Positions 8,264 through 17,155 of a stretch of DNA of 42,521 bases are shown one piece after another. The stretch covers positions 1 to 42,521 of the forward strand of contig WQZC01000001.1 in NCBI GenBank assembly GCA_009780925.1, read 5' to 3'. A model generated the notes under the pieces. The model worked only from the letters and a program-made list of their open reading frames with translations, did not search any database and was not told the origin of the DNA. How positions within the stretch are numbered: the stretch's first letter is position 1; each line of letters opens with the position of its first letter. The DNA is from Actinomycetes bacterium (GTDB lineage: Bacteria; Actinomycetota; Actinomycetes; Mycobacteriales; Jatrophihabitantaceae). The position numbers and the translations under genes were made by a program.

Positions 8264-9676
8264 TCAGAACCTGAAATAGATGAAGGGGTGGTACCCACCC
8301 AGGGACAGGGAGAGCAGACATTCGACGAACAACACCAGCGCCGCGAGATAGCTGGCATAACTCACGATCGGCTTGAGGGTCGGCCACCGATCACGCAGCG
8401 CCCTGACCGCCCGTGCCGGGTAGGGAGTCGCCGCCACCGCGCCCGCGATGAACACGGTGACCGTCACCGGGTCAAGCGTCCACCGGCCGCGCGCGACCGC
8501 CAGCTGGGGGAATCGGAAACCGGTGAACATCTCGCGCAGCATGAAGAACGCTTGCGAGAAGTCCGCCGCGCGGAAAATGACGAATCCGACACAAACCACC
8601 AGCAAGGTGTAGATGACCCCTATGGGACGCCACAGTCTTCTCATCGGGACGCGGTCCTCAAATACCAGGAAGAAGCCGTGGAACAAGCCCCAGACGAGAA
8701 ACGTGAGGTTCGCACCGTGCCACAGGCCGCAGAGCGCGAACACAATGATCCGGTTCAGGGACGCGCGCATCCGCCCCCGGCGATTGCCCCCAAGCGGAAT
8801 ATACAGATAGTCACGGAACCACAAGTTCAGGGTCATGTGCCAGCGCCGCCAGAACTCTTGCACCGTCGACGAGACGTATGGGTGATCGAAGTTCTCGGCG
8901 TAGCTGAAGCCAAACATGCGCGCCAGCCCGATCGCCATGTCCGAATACCCCGAGAAATCAAAATAGATCTGCCCGAGGAAGGCCACGGCGCCGATCCAGG
9001 CCACGGTGACGTTTATTTGGCCGTGCGGCGCCGAGAACACCGAGTCCGCGGTCGTCGAGAGCGGTATCGCGATCAGCACTTTCTTCGCCAACCCGACGCT
9101 GACCCGGCGCAGGCCGGTGGCCGCGCCCGACAAGGTCACCGTGCGGTGGCTCAGCTGTCGTTCCAATTCCGCGTAACGGATGATGGGTCCGGCCATCATT
9201 TTCGGGAACAGTGAGATATATAGTAACATTTTGAAGAAATTGCGTTGCGCGGCGACCCGGCCCCGATGCACGTCGATCACATAGGACAAGGCCTCAAAAG
9301 TATAGAAGGAGATGCCGATGGGCAGCTCCAGATGAATCGAGTGGATGTGCAACCCTAGGTGCTCATTCAGCAGCGAAACTATCCAGCCAGCATATTTGAA
9401 GACCAAGAGAAAGGCTAGATTGCCGGCGACGCCAACGCCCGCCGACACGGTCCGCGCCGTCTTCCCCACACAGCCCTGAATGACCTGGCCCAGCACCCAG
9501 TTGAGGACCGCTGACGCCAGCAGAATCAGCACGTACACCGGTTCGCCGTAGGCATAAAACGCCAAGCTGGCGACTATCAGAAAGGCGTTCTTCGCCCGCA
9601 TTCCAGGCATCAGCAAGTAGAGCAGGAAGGAGACCGGCAGGAAGATGGACAGGAAGGCGACAGACGAGAAGATCAT
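8264..9676 (-). CDS. MBOAT family membrane-bound O-acyltransferase (AlgI/DltB/PatA-like)
   Basis: MIFSSVAFLSIFLPVSFLLYLLMP...AFYAYGEP is a classical MBOAT N-terminus. The protein is polytopic. FWRRWHMTLNLWFRDYLYIPLGGNR...LCGLWHG contains the conserved MBOAT His region. A GGAGGG RBS lies upstream. Confidence 0.9.
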   Translation of the reverse strand: MIFSSVAFLSIFLPVSFLLYLLMPGMRAKNAFLIVASLAFYAYGEPVYVLILLASAVLNWVLGQVIQGCVGKTARTVSAGVGVAGNLAFLLVFKYAGWIVSLLNEHLGLHIHSIHLELPIGISFYTFEALSYVIDVHRGRVAAQRNFFKMLLYISLFPKMMAGPIIRYAELERQLSHRTVTLSGAATGLRRVSVGLAKKVLIAIPLSTTADSVFSAPHGQINVTVAWIGAVAFLGQIYFDFSGYSDMAIGLARMFGFSYAENFDHPYVSSTVQEFWRRWHMTLNLWFRDYLYIPLGGNRRGRMRASLNRIIVFALCGLWHGANLTFLVWGLFHGFFLVFEDRVPMRRLWRPIGVIYTLLVVCVGFVIFRAADFSQAFFMLREMFTGFRFPQLAVARGRWTLDPVTVTVFIAGAVAATPYPARAVRALRDRWPTLKPIVSYASYLAALVLFVECLLSLSLGGYHPFIYFRF

Positions 9677-9703
9677 CGACCGCTGCCCTCCGTTTGCGTG
9701 CGG

Positions 9704-10999
9704 CTAACCTACGTTACGGACCTTTATGTAGGTGATCGGTGCGTGCCCATAGGTGTTCATGTACCAGTTGTAGCCGGGATACTCGTGCTTCAGCTCAGGA
9801 TCGATGACGTATGTGGTGTTGCCTTTGCGGAACTCCGTCCAACCGTGCGGGCCGAAGCCGCCGCTCATCTCCGGCACCTTCCCAACCACAACTTTCACGT
9901 CGTAGCCATAGGACCGGGCCAGCACGGCGAACATGGACGCGTACTGATAGCAGTTACCGCCGCGGTTCTGATAGAAACTCAGCGCATATTTGTAGACGAA
10001 GTCGCCGCCGGGATCGGCTTTCCCGCTGATGCCGAGGTACGGGAAGGGCCACACATAGTTGAAGGACGCCATCATCGGATCGCGGGGATTCCCAAGTTTC
10101 TTGTGGATCGCCATCACGGCGTTGTACAGCGCCTGGCTGCCGCCCGACCAGTCGGGCAGATACATGAAGGTGAAGCTGCCGATGATCGGATTGGCCGACC
10201 CGGCCCCGATGTTGATGGCGCGAATCTGAATGGTGTGGGTTCCGGAACGCAAGGCGGCGGTGCCGGCCAGAGTCCAGGTGCGGGTGAAGTACGCGGGGTA
10301 CGCCGGCGCGGTGACCGTCTCCCGGACCTTGCCGTCAAGCAGGTACTGAACCTGAAGCGGCACACTCTGGTCGTTCGGGTCGAATACCCGGCCCTTCCAG
10401 GTCACGCCGCTGGTCCCCTTGGTGAACGTGGTCGACCCGACGGGGTTGTTCGCGTCCACCAGCGTGACCGTCTTGCAACCCAACGCGGTGGTGGGCGCGC
10501 TCGCGCCCGGGCCGACCGCGTTGACGCAGAACTTGTGCGCCCCCCACGCCAGGGCTGGCGAGGTCCACGCGAAGGGGGTGCTGGTCGCCGTTGCGGTGCT
10601 AGTCGGGCTGGCTGCCGGGTCCCGTGGGTCCGGCCGGGGCACCTCGGTCAGGTAGCCGTAGGTGTGGCCGTCGATGGTGAACAGCGGGTAGTAGCCCGGC
10701 AGCACCCACCCGGCGACGGTGATGGTGCGGTCCTGGCTGGTCGTCACGCTGTCCCAATGCCCGACCGCAGCGCTCGCCGCCGCAGCCCCGGCGGGCGCGG
10801 CGAAGGCGACCACAGCGGCGACAAGTCCGGTGGAGAGCAGCCCGGCGACAGCCGCGCTGGAAGGTGACCGACGCCGCAGCGTGGGACCAGCGAGTCGGCG
10901 CGCCACGCGGCCCGCTCCCGCACCCGACGAGCAGCGCAGCTTTCGCGCGCGCGAAAGGACACCGGATGCGACTATCGGGCTCGAAGATCTTCCAAACAT
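9704..10999 (-). CDS. Secreted transglutaminase-like (Cys-His-Asp) domain protein
   Basis: The C-terminal core GGNCYQYASMFAVLARSYGYDVKVVVG...GPHGWTEF...TYVIDPE fits the transglutaminase-like cysteine protease fold (C, H, D). It has an N-terminal hydrophobic signal, AAVAGLLSTGLVAAVVAFAAPAGAAAASA. An alternative GTG start at 10906 (MARRLAGPTLRRRS...) is possible. Confidence 0.75.
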   Translation of the reverse strand: MFGRSSSPIVASGVLSRARKLRCSSGAGAGRVARRLAGPTLRRRSPSSAAVAGLLSTGLVAAVVAFAAPAGAAAASAAVGHWDSVTTSQDRTITVAGWVLPGYYPLFTIDGHTYGYLTEVPRPDPRDPAASPTSTATATSTPFAWTSPALAWGAHKFCVNAVGPGASAPTTALGCKTVTLVDANNPVGSTTFTKGTSGVTWKGRVFDPNDQSVPLQVQYLLDGKVRETVTAPAYPAYFTRTWTLAGTAALRSGTHTIQIRAINIGAGSANPIIGSFTFMYLPDWSGGSQALYNAVMAIHKKLGNPRDPMMASFNYVWPFPYLGISGKADPGGDFVYKYALSFYQNRGGNCYQYASMFAVLARSYGYDVKVVVGKVPEMSGGFGPHGWTEFRKGNTTYVIDPELKHEYPGYNWYMNTYGHAPITYIKVRNVG

Positions 11000-11095
11000 C
11001 GGCTAATGCTCCCATCACGGCCGTATTGGACGCACCAACACTTTACAAGCACGGCGCCAGGCGCCCCGGTCGCACCGGACCGCCCGCCGCCGCGC

Positions 11096-11599
11096 TCAAC
11101 GGCGCTCGGCCAGCCCGCGCAGGTAGGCCGCTTGCCCGACGTGCTGCATGTCGTCGTTGAGCACGCTGACCAACCGAACCCCGAGGGTGACCGGCGGATC
11201 CCATCTGGTGTCCACGATCCGGTCGAGATCGGCGGCCGCGAGCGAGCCCACCCAGGCGATGGTGCGTTCGCTGACCGCCTGGTGGTAGCCGGCGAGCAGC
11301 TCCGGCGCGGCCCGCACCGCCCGCATCTGCTCGGCCGAGTGGCCGTAGCCGGTCTCGGCGTCGGCCAGCGGCAGCGCCATGCGCGCCGCCCAGCCACCCG
11401 CCGTCCACTCTTGGTCGACGCCAGCGACCTCGGACACGTGATCGTCCTGCACCCGGGTCAAGTGCCAGATGAGCCAGGCGATGGTGTTCGCATCGGGATC
11501 CGGCTGCCAGGTCAGCGCTTCGCCAACCCCATCGAGCGCCTTGGCGACGCTCTGCGCGATCCGCGCGTACCCATCGGCGAGCAGTTCCGCGACATCCAT
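11096..11599 (-). CDS. DinB-family (mycothiol-transferase-like / MDMPI_N-like) protein
   Basis: MDVAELLADGYARIAQSVAKALDGVGEALTWQPDPDANTIAWLIWHLTRVQDDH is the typical DinB_2 / mycothiol-dependent enzyme N-terminal pattern. A GGAAAGGA RBS precedes the ATG at 11599. The track start at 11755 is an over-extension. Confidence 0.7.
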   Translation of the reverse strand: MDVAELLADGYARIAQSVAKALDGVGEALTWQPDPDANTIAWLIWHLTRVQDDHVSEVAGVDQEWTAGGWAARMALPLADAETGYGHSAEQMRAVRAAPELLAGYHQAVSERTIAWVGSLAAADLDRIVDTRWDPPVTLGVRLVSVLNDDMQHVGQAAYLRGLAERR

Positions 11600-11748
11600 A
11601 GCGGCGATCCTTTCCTTCGATCTGCCTGATGATCCTGCTCCCACCAGCGGCGCGGGCCCGCACTGGTCCGGGCCGCCCGCGCGCGGCCGTCGCGGCTGCG
11701 GCACACTCGGGTGAACCAATGGAATCAGCCCATCGCATGGGGGCGAAC

Positions 11749-12243
11749 ATGACAACTGCCGCGGTCACCTTCGAGGCCGTGTCGGTGGACATTCCCGCCG
11801 ACGCCAACGTCATCATCGGCCAGTCGCATTTCATCAAGACCGTGGAGGACTTGCATGAGGCGCTGTTCGGCGCGGGCCGGCTCCGCTTCGGGATCGCTTT
11901 CTGCGAGGCTTCCGGGCCCCGGCTGGTCCGTGTCTCGGGCAACGATGACGAGCTGATCGGCGCCGCCACCGCCACCGCGCTGGCCATCGGCGCCGGGCAC
12001 ACGTTCGTGGTGCTGCTGCGCGACGGGTTCCCGGTGAACGTGCTCAACCAGATCAAGGCGGTGCCGGAGGTGTGCGCGATCTTCTGCGCGACCGCCAACC
12101 CGCTGGAGGTCATCGTCGCGGTCACCGCGCGGGGTCGCGGGGTGGTCGGCGTCATCGACGGCGAGCCACCCGCCGGGGTGGAGACCGCAGCCGACGCGGC
12201 CGAGCGGCACGAGTTGCTGCGGATGATCGGCTACAAGCTCTGA
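11749..12243 (+). CDS. Adenosine-specific kinase family (PF04008-like) protein
   Basis: ANVIIGQSHFIKTVEDLHEAL...IFCATANPLEVIV...GVIDG matches my recollection of the conserved blocks of this small family. The start is set at MTTAAVTFEAV. Confidence 0.65.
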   Translation: MTTAAVTFEAVSVDIPADANVIIGQSHFIKTVEDLHEALFGAGRLRFGIAFCEASGPRLVRVSGNDDELIGAATATALAIGAGHTFVVLLRDGFPVNVLNQIKAVPEVCAIFCATANPLEVIVAVTARGRGVVGVIDGEPPAGVETAADAAERHELLRMIGYKL

Positions 12244-12262
12244 CCCGCCGTCGCGCCCGAGG

Positions 12263-14389
12263 TCAGGCGACGCCGTTGAGCTGGTCGACCACCTTGAGCA
12301 AGTCACCGCGGTCGTAGTAGTTGACCGCCACGAAGTTGGCGACGCGCCCGCGCCGGGCCTGGCACTTGGTGACATACGGCCACAGCGTGTCGTAGGAGTT
12401 GACGCGGATCGCGTTGCTGACCAGCGCGTGGAACCCGTTGACCCAGGTGTTCAGCAGCAGCAGTGGGTTGTCGGGCGCGCCGCGGTTCGGCTCGCAACTG
12501 AGCTGCGCCACGCTGCGCGCGGTGAACGGGGTGTCCCCGATCCAGTCGAAGCCCGACAGCAGCCACGGGTATCGCGCGCCGCCGCCATGACGCTCCATGA
12601 ACACCACCATCCGCTCGCCGGAATCGATCATCTGCCGCAGCGTCGGCCAGGGCTGGCCGGCGACCGGCTGGTAGGCGTACTTGACCAATCCGGCCTGCTC
12701 GAACACCTTCGCGGTGTCCGCCGGGGACACCTGGTCCTCGATGATGAAGGTGATGACCTCGCGTGGGTGCGCGGTCATCCACTGGCCCACCCGCGCCATC
12801 AACGGCTCCCACTCGACCGCGCCCAGCTCGCACAACCCATGGCACAGATACGGCGTCGGCGGGCCGACCGGCGTGGGCAGCAGCGCGTCGCGGAGCCGCA
12901 ACGCCGCCTGCACCGTGTCCGCGCCGTACTCCGCGCTGGCGGAGCGCAACGCGGCCTCGTAGTTCTGCGGCGCGGTCGCGACCACCCCGGGCGCGGTGGT
13001 GGCTTGGCCGTACCAACTGTCGATCAGGAACACCCGGATGCCGGCGTCCAGTTGGGCGATCACGCCGTCCGGCTGCTCAGGCAGGAACCAGCCCTCGTCG
13101 GCGGCGGTCATCGAATTGTGGGTGCCGGCGAACGCGACCTGGTCGTACCGCCGGTCGCACAACTGGGCGTGGCCCTCGCAGCCGGCGGAAACGGACGGCA
13201 CGCTCGACGCCGGGCCATCGCCGGTCGCGGCGATGGCCCGGCCGCCGCCGATCGCGTCCCCCGCCACCACGGCCACGATGACCGCGACCGCGACCACCGG
13301 CAGCACCCCCATGGCCAACCACCGCCCCAGTCGGCGGCGTCGGGGCGTCCCCGACGAACCGGGCGGCCGCAGCCGCGCCACCCCGGCGGCCATGGTCAGT
13401 TCGGCCACCGCTACGGTCGCCAGCGCCAAACCGACGAGCGCGGCCAGCAGCCCAAAGGTCAACTCCGGGCGCAACAGGATCCCCGCCGCGACGATGGCCA
13501 GCGCCGCCGCGTGCGCCACCAGCGCGAGCCGGCCGCTCGGACGGGCGGTGAGCAGCGCCACACCGCGCCGGGTCAGCGCCGCCAAGTCCAGGCGCGGCGC
13601 CATCCCAGCCGCGGCGACCGCGAGCACGCAGCCGGCGAGCGCCAGCGCGGCGGCGGCGCGCCACAGCGTGCCCTGGGTCATCCGCCATCCGGCGGCGATG
13701 ATCGCGCCGCGCAATGTGCCCTGATTGGCGCGGGAGACAACGATCGACGAGACGACGCCGACCACCCCGACCCCAACGCCGGCGAGCGCCACCGCGATGC
13801 CCGCGCGCGTCACTGCCCGCCAGCGGTCCCGGGCCAAGGCGACGGCGCCGAGGAGCGCGAAAGCGGCCAGCAGCGGCAGCAGCCAGGACAGCAGCGCGAC
13901 GACCCGGGTCAGGTGGATCGCGCGCGCCGCGAACCGCTGGCTGGAGATGTCGGCGAGGGTGACATCGATGCGATCCGGCAACCGGGTGGCCAACTGCGGG
14001 GCCACGGTCCGCAACACCCCGATGACGGCGGTTCCCGCGTCGGCCAGGCGCAACACCACCGCGCCCTTGTCCTGCCCGGTGAACGCGGCGTGCAGTCGGA
14101 TCGCGGCCGAGCGCACGATCGGACCAAACGCCGGGCTGGCGACCAGCGCGCTCGCGGTGGACTGGATCAGCGGACGGATAGCCACCAGGTCCGGCTGGGC
14201 GGCAATGAGCTGATCGGTGATCCTGGCGCCGAGCCGCTCAGCCACCGCCGGATCGGCGCGAATTGCGTCCACCTCACCCGCGAAACGGGGTCCGTCGAGC
14301 ACGTTGTGGTTGATCAGCCCGGCGAGCACGCCGAGCAGCAGCAGCATCGACCCGCCCACCTCGCAGATCCTCGCCGCGACATTTCGCAC
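12263..14389 (-). CDS. Polytopic membrane protein with a C-terminal PI-PLC X-domain-like (PLC-like phosphodiesterase) domain
   Basis: The N-terminal ~400 aa carry many hydrophobic helices. The C-terminal soluble part begins CEGHAQLCDRRYDQVAFAGTHNSMTA...IRVFLIDSWYG, which resembles the THNS(Y) block of PLC-like phosphodiesterases. Confidence 0.6.
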   Translation of the reverse strand: MRNVAARICEVGGSMLLLLGVLAGLINHNVLDGPRFAGEVDAIRADPAVAERLGARITDQLIAAQPDLVAIRPLIQSTASALVASPAFGPIVRSAAIRLHAAFTGQDKGAVVLRLADAGTAVIGVLRTVAPQLATRLPDRIDVTLADISSQRFAARAIHLTRVVALLSWLLPLLAAFALLGAVALARDRWRAVTRAGIAVALAGVGVGVVGVVSSIVVSRANQGTLRGAIIAAGWRMTQGTLWRAAAALALAGCVLAVAAAGMAPRLDLAALTRRGVALLTARPSGRLALVAHAAALAIVAAGILLRPELTFGLLAALVGLALATVAVAELTMAAGVARLRPPGSSGTPRRRRLGRWLAMGVLPVVAVAVIVAVVAGDAIGGGRAIAATGDGPASSVPSVSAGCEGHAQLCDRRYDQVAFAGTHNSMTAADEGWFLPEQPDGVIAQLDAGIRVFLIDSWYGQATTAPGVVATAPQNYEAALRSASAEYGADTVQAALRLRDALLPTPVGPPTPYLCHGLCELGAVEWEPLMARVGQWMTAHPREVITFIIEDQVSPADTAKVFEQAGLVKYAYQPVAGQPWPTLRQMIDSGERMVVFMERHGGGARYPWLLSGFDWIGDTPFTARSVAQLSCEPNRGAPDNPLLLLNTWVNGFHALVSNAIRVNSYDTLWPYVTKCQARRGRVANFVAVNYYDRGDLLKVVDQLNGVA

Positions 14390-14571
14390 GCCCTGTATTG
14401 TCCGCTCGCTCGCTTCCCAGAGCGACCGCCAGAACGCGGCGCGCCCCAGGCGCGTGGCGCCCCACCGCTATCAGCCGCGTCGGCGCGCGCACGGCGCCCG
14501 CGCGGCAGTATGATATTGGCCGAGCGTGGCCGCTTGGGCGCAAATCTCTGGCCACTGAAAAGAGGGATCTC

Positions 14572-15771
14572 ATGGCGCCGCACCGACGTCTTCTCAGCCG
14601 TTTGACCGTGGTCGCTGTCTCCGCCTCGGTGTTGGCCGGGCTGTCATTGGCCGTGGGCGCGACCGCCGCGAGCGCCGCCACCATCGCCGACACCTTCCCG
14701 GACTCCGGGCTCGCGCAATGCGTCGCCGACGCCCTCAATGGCGGTCCCAGTGGCGACCCCACCGATCCCTACGTCCAAAGCGATATCGACCTAATAGCCG
14801 ACTTGTCTTGCCAGAGCTACGGGATCAGCGCGCTGGACGGCATCGACAACTTCACGGGCCTCCTCTCGCTGAATCTATCCGGCAATCAGATCAGCGACAT
14901 TTCCGTGCTCGGCCCGCTGACCTCGCTGCAAATCCTGGTCTTGTCGGGCAACCAGATCGACGACGCCACTGCGGTGGCCGGTCTCACCGGGCTCACCAAA
15001 CTGGATCTGAGCAACAACCAGCTCACCTACCTTCCCGACCTGAGCGCGCTGACCGCGCTGACCCAACTGGACCTGAGCAACAACCAGCTCACCGACGTTT
15101 CCCCGCTGAGCGGGCTCACCGCGCTCACGGAGGCCAACCTGAGCAACAACCAGATCCTGGACATCTCACCGTTGAACGCGTTGTTCAACCCGCCCTCCGG
15201 CACGACAAACCTGACCAATCTCTCCATATTGGGCCAGTGGGGCCAGCAGCTGGCGCTTCCAGCGATCTGCGCTGACACCCCGTGGCCGGACCCGGTGGTG
15301 GGCCTTGACGGAAAGGCGGTGCTGCCGACCGACCTGACCATCAACCCCGCGGACGCGATCGTCGACACCAGCGCGGGCACCATCAGCTACCCGACGGCCG
15401 GTGCCGATTATCAGCTCGCCTGGCGCGTGGCGCTACCCACCAACACTCCGACCAGCGGTCACGTGGTGCCTGACGGACAGTATTTCGCGGGCACGGTGAC
15501 CCAACCGGTCAGCCCAGCGGATGTGTGCCCGGCCAACACGCAGACGACCGCCCCGGCGAGCCCATCCAAGACCCCGACAAAGCCCACCAAATCGGTCACG
15601 CCGGTCAAGTCCACCAGCACCCAAACGTTGGGCCACATCGAGATCGCGACCGGCCTCGGGGCGAACGCGGCCCAAGGGCCAAACGGCGCGCTGCTCGCCC
15701 TCGGTTCGGTGCTGATGACGCTTGGGCTGGGCGCCGCTGGGATGATGGTCCGCCGTCGCGTCCGCGCCTGA
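14572..15771 (+). CDS. Internalin-like leucine-rich-repeat surface protein with a C-terminal membrane or cell-wall anchor signal
   Basis: RBS aagaggga is followed by the ATG at 14572, then the signal peptide MAPHRRLLSRLTVVAVSASVLAGLSLAVGATAASA. It has at least six ~22-aa LRRs (LSLNLSGNQISDISVLGPLTSLQILVLSGNQIDD...LDLSNNQLTDVSPLSGLTALT). The C-terminus is IEIATG, a hydrophobic helix, then RRRVRA. Confidence 0.8.
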   Translation: MAPHRRLLSRLTVVAVSASVLAGLSLAVGATAASAATIADTFPDSGLAQCVADALNGGPSGDPTDPYVQSDIDLIADLSCQSYGISALDGIDNFTGLLSLNLSGNQISDISVLGPLTSLQILVLSGNQIDDATAVAGLTGLTKLDLSNNQLTYLPDLSALTALTQLDLSNNQLTDVSPLSGLTALTEANLSNNQILDISPLNALFNPPSGTTNLTNLSILGQWGQQLALPAICADTPWPDPVVGLDGKAVLPTDLTINPADAIVDTSAGTISYPTAGADYQLAWRVALPTNTPTSGHVVPDGQYFAGTVTQPVSPADVCPANTQTTAPASPSKTPTKPTKSVTPVKSTSTQTLGHIEIATGLGANAAQGPNGALLALGSVLMTLGLGAAGMMVRRRVRA

Positions 15772-15826
15772 AACCACTGACGAGGGTGCGCGAGCAGTCT
15801 CTCCGGCTCCACGGGGACACCGGGCC

Positions 15827-15848
15827 GGATCGTCGTGCGCGACGATCC
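15827..15848 (+). terminator. Hairpin downstream of the LRR gene
   Basis: Perfect 9-bp stem ggatcgtcg / cgacgatcc with loop tgcg, 56 nt after the stop at 15771. There is no U-tract. Confidence 0.35.
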
Positions 15849-15950
15849 CTGCTGAGTCTCGCACAGCGCCGGTGGCGCCACCGCGGCTCGCTCGACGCGG
15901 CAGCCGCGACGGGACAAGCGCTGTCCGCCGCTCCCCCGCGCGATCAGCCG

Positions 15951-17087
15951 ATGGCCGATGTGGCGGACGCGGCGGTCTACTTTCGCGGGCGGCGCATCGC
16001 CTCTCCTGACACCCTCGCCGACACCTATCGGGCGCTGCGCGATCAGCCCGGAGCCATGGCGTGGATCGGCCTGTACCGACCCGACGCGGACACGCTGACC
16101 TCGCTGGCCAAGCAGTTCGGTCTGCACGAGTTGGCCGTCGAGGACGCGATCACCGCGCATCAACGGCCCAAACTCGACCGGTATGGCGACACGCTGTTCA
16201 TGGTGTTGCGTGCCGCGAGCTACCTGGACGAGACCGAACAGGTTGATTTCGGCGAACTGCACATCTTCGTCGGCGAGGACTTCGTCATCACCGTCCGCCA
16301 CGCGTCGTCCCCTGATCTCGCCAGGGTGCGCCGCCGACTGGAGGACGACCCGGAACTGCTCGCCCGGGGCGGCCCGGCGGTGTTGTACGCCATCGTCGAC
16401 GCCGTGGTCGATCAGTACCTGCCGGTCGTCGCCGGCGTTGAGAACGACGTTGATGAGATCGAGGGGCAGGTTTTCGATGGCGACCCCGAGGTTTCCCGCC
16501 GCGTGTACGAACTGTCACGCGAGGTGGTTGACTTTCAGCGCGCGGTCACTCCGCTGGGGGCGGTGCTCGAGGCGCTCGCCGGGGGCTTCGACCACTTGGC
16601 CGATGCCACGCCGCCGTCGAGCATCCCGGATCGCCGGACCGCTGCGGGCGCCGGCCCGGGCGGGCCAGCCCCTGCCGACCCGTCATCGACCGGCTCGCGC
16701 GTCGCTCGGCGACGCGACGACGAGGAGTTGCCCCGGCTGCTGCGCGATGTCGCCGACCACGTCGCCGGAGTGAACGAGCGCATCGAGAGCCTGCGCGCGC
16801 TGCTGCGCGACCTGTTGCAGGTCAACTCGATCCTCGTCGCGCAGCGGCAGAACGAAGAGATGACCGCGCTGGCGCGGATATCGAACGCACAGAACGACGA
16901 GGTGAAGAAGATCTCGGCGTGGGCGGCCATCGCGTTCACGCCGGCGGCGATCGCCTCGATCTACGGGATGAACTTCACGCACATGCCGGAGCTGGGCTGG
17001 TGCTTCGGCTACCCGATGGCCATCGGAATCATGATCGCCGTTGGGGTCATCCTCTATGTGCTGTTCCGACGACGCGGCTGGCTCTGA
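15951..17087 (+). CDS. corA: CorA-family magnesium/cobalt transporter
   Basis: The start MADVADAAVYFRGRR...AWIGLYRPD...LHELAVEDAITAHQRPKLDRYGDTLFMVLR is followed by the C-terminal YGMNF motif and two TM helices. The track ORF start at 15525 is an over-extension. Confidence 0.9.
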   Translation: MADVADAAVYFRGRRIASPDTLADTYRALRDQPGAMAWIGLYRPDADTLTSLAKQFGLHELAVEDAITAHQRPKLDRYGDTLFMVLRAASYLDETEQVDFGELHIFVGEDFVITVRHASSPDLARVRRRLEDDPELLARGGPAVLYAIVDAVVDQYLPVVAGVENDVDEIEGQVFDGDPEVSRRVYELSREVVDFQRAVTPLGAVLEALAGGFDHLADATPPSSIPDRRTAAGAGPGGPAPADPSSTGSRVARRRDDEELPRLLRDVADHVAGVNERIESLRALLRDLLQVNSILVAQRQNEEMTALARISNAQNDEVKKISAWAAIAFTPAAIASIYGMNFTHMPELGWCFGYPMAIGIMIAVGVILYVLFRRRGWL

Positions 17088-17125
17088 CCCGCAACCGTCC
17101 AACAACGCTGGATGAACCATCGCTG

Positions 17126-17155
17126 TGAGATTTTAGTGATTTGCATCACTGAGAT
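17126..17155. promoter_or_regulatory. Operator-like palindrome in the AT-rich leader of the beta-helix/TasA-like operon
   Basis: The sequence is tgagattttAGTGATttgcATCACTgagat. It contains a 6-bp perfect inverted repeat with a 4-bp spacer, flanked by direct tgagat copies. It lies in the visibly AT-rich stretch of the 282-bp intergenic region, ~215 bp upstream of the GTG at 17369. Confidence 0.3.

Noticed and set aside
15525-15950. N-terminal 142-aa extension of CorA overlapping the LRR gene end. Likewise 14398..14571 for the LRR gene, 11600..11755 for DinB, and 11629..11748 for the kinase-like gene.
   Set aside because: The extensions are Arg/Pro-rich, overlap neighbouring genes or lack homology-like sequence. 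Internal ATGs with an RBS give N-termini that match the family consensus.
15771-15951. Mg2+ riboswitch (M-box) upstream of corA
   Set aside because: I could not recognise M-box conserved segments. The only structure seen is a simple 9-bp hairpin, which is better explained as the terminator of the upstream gene.
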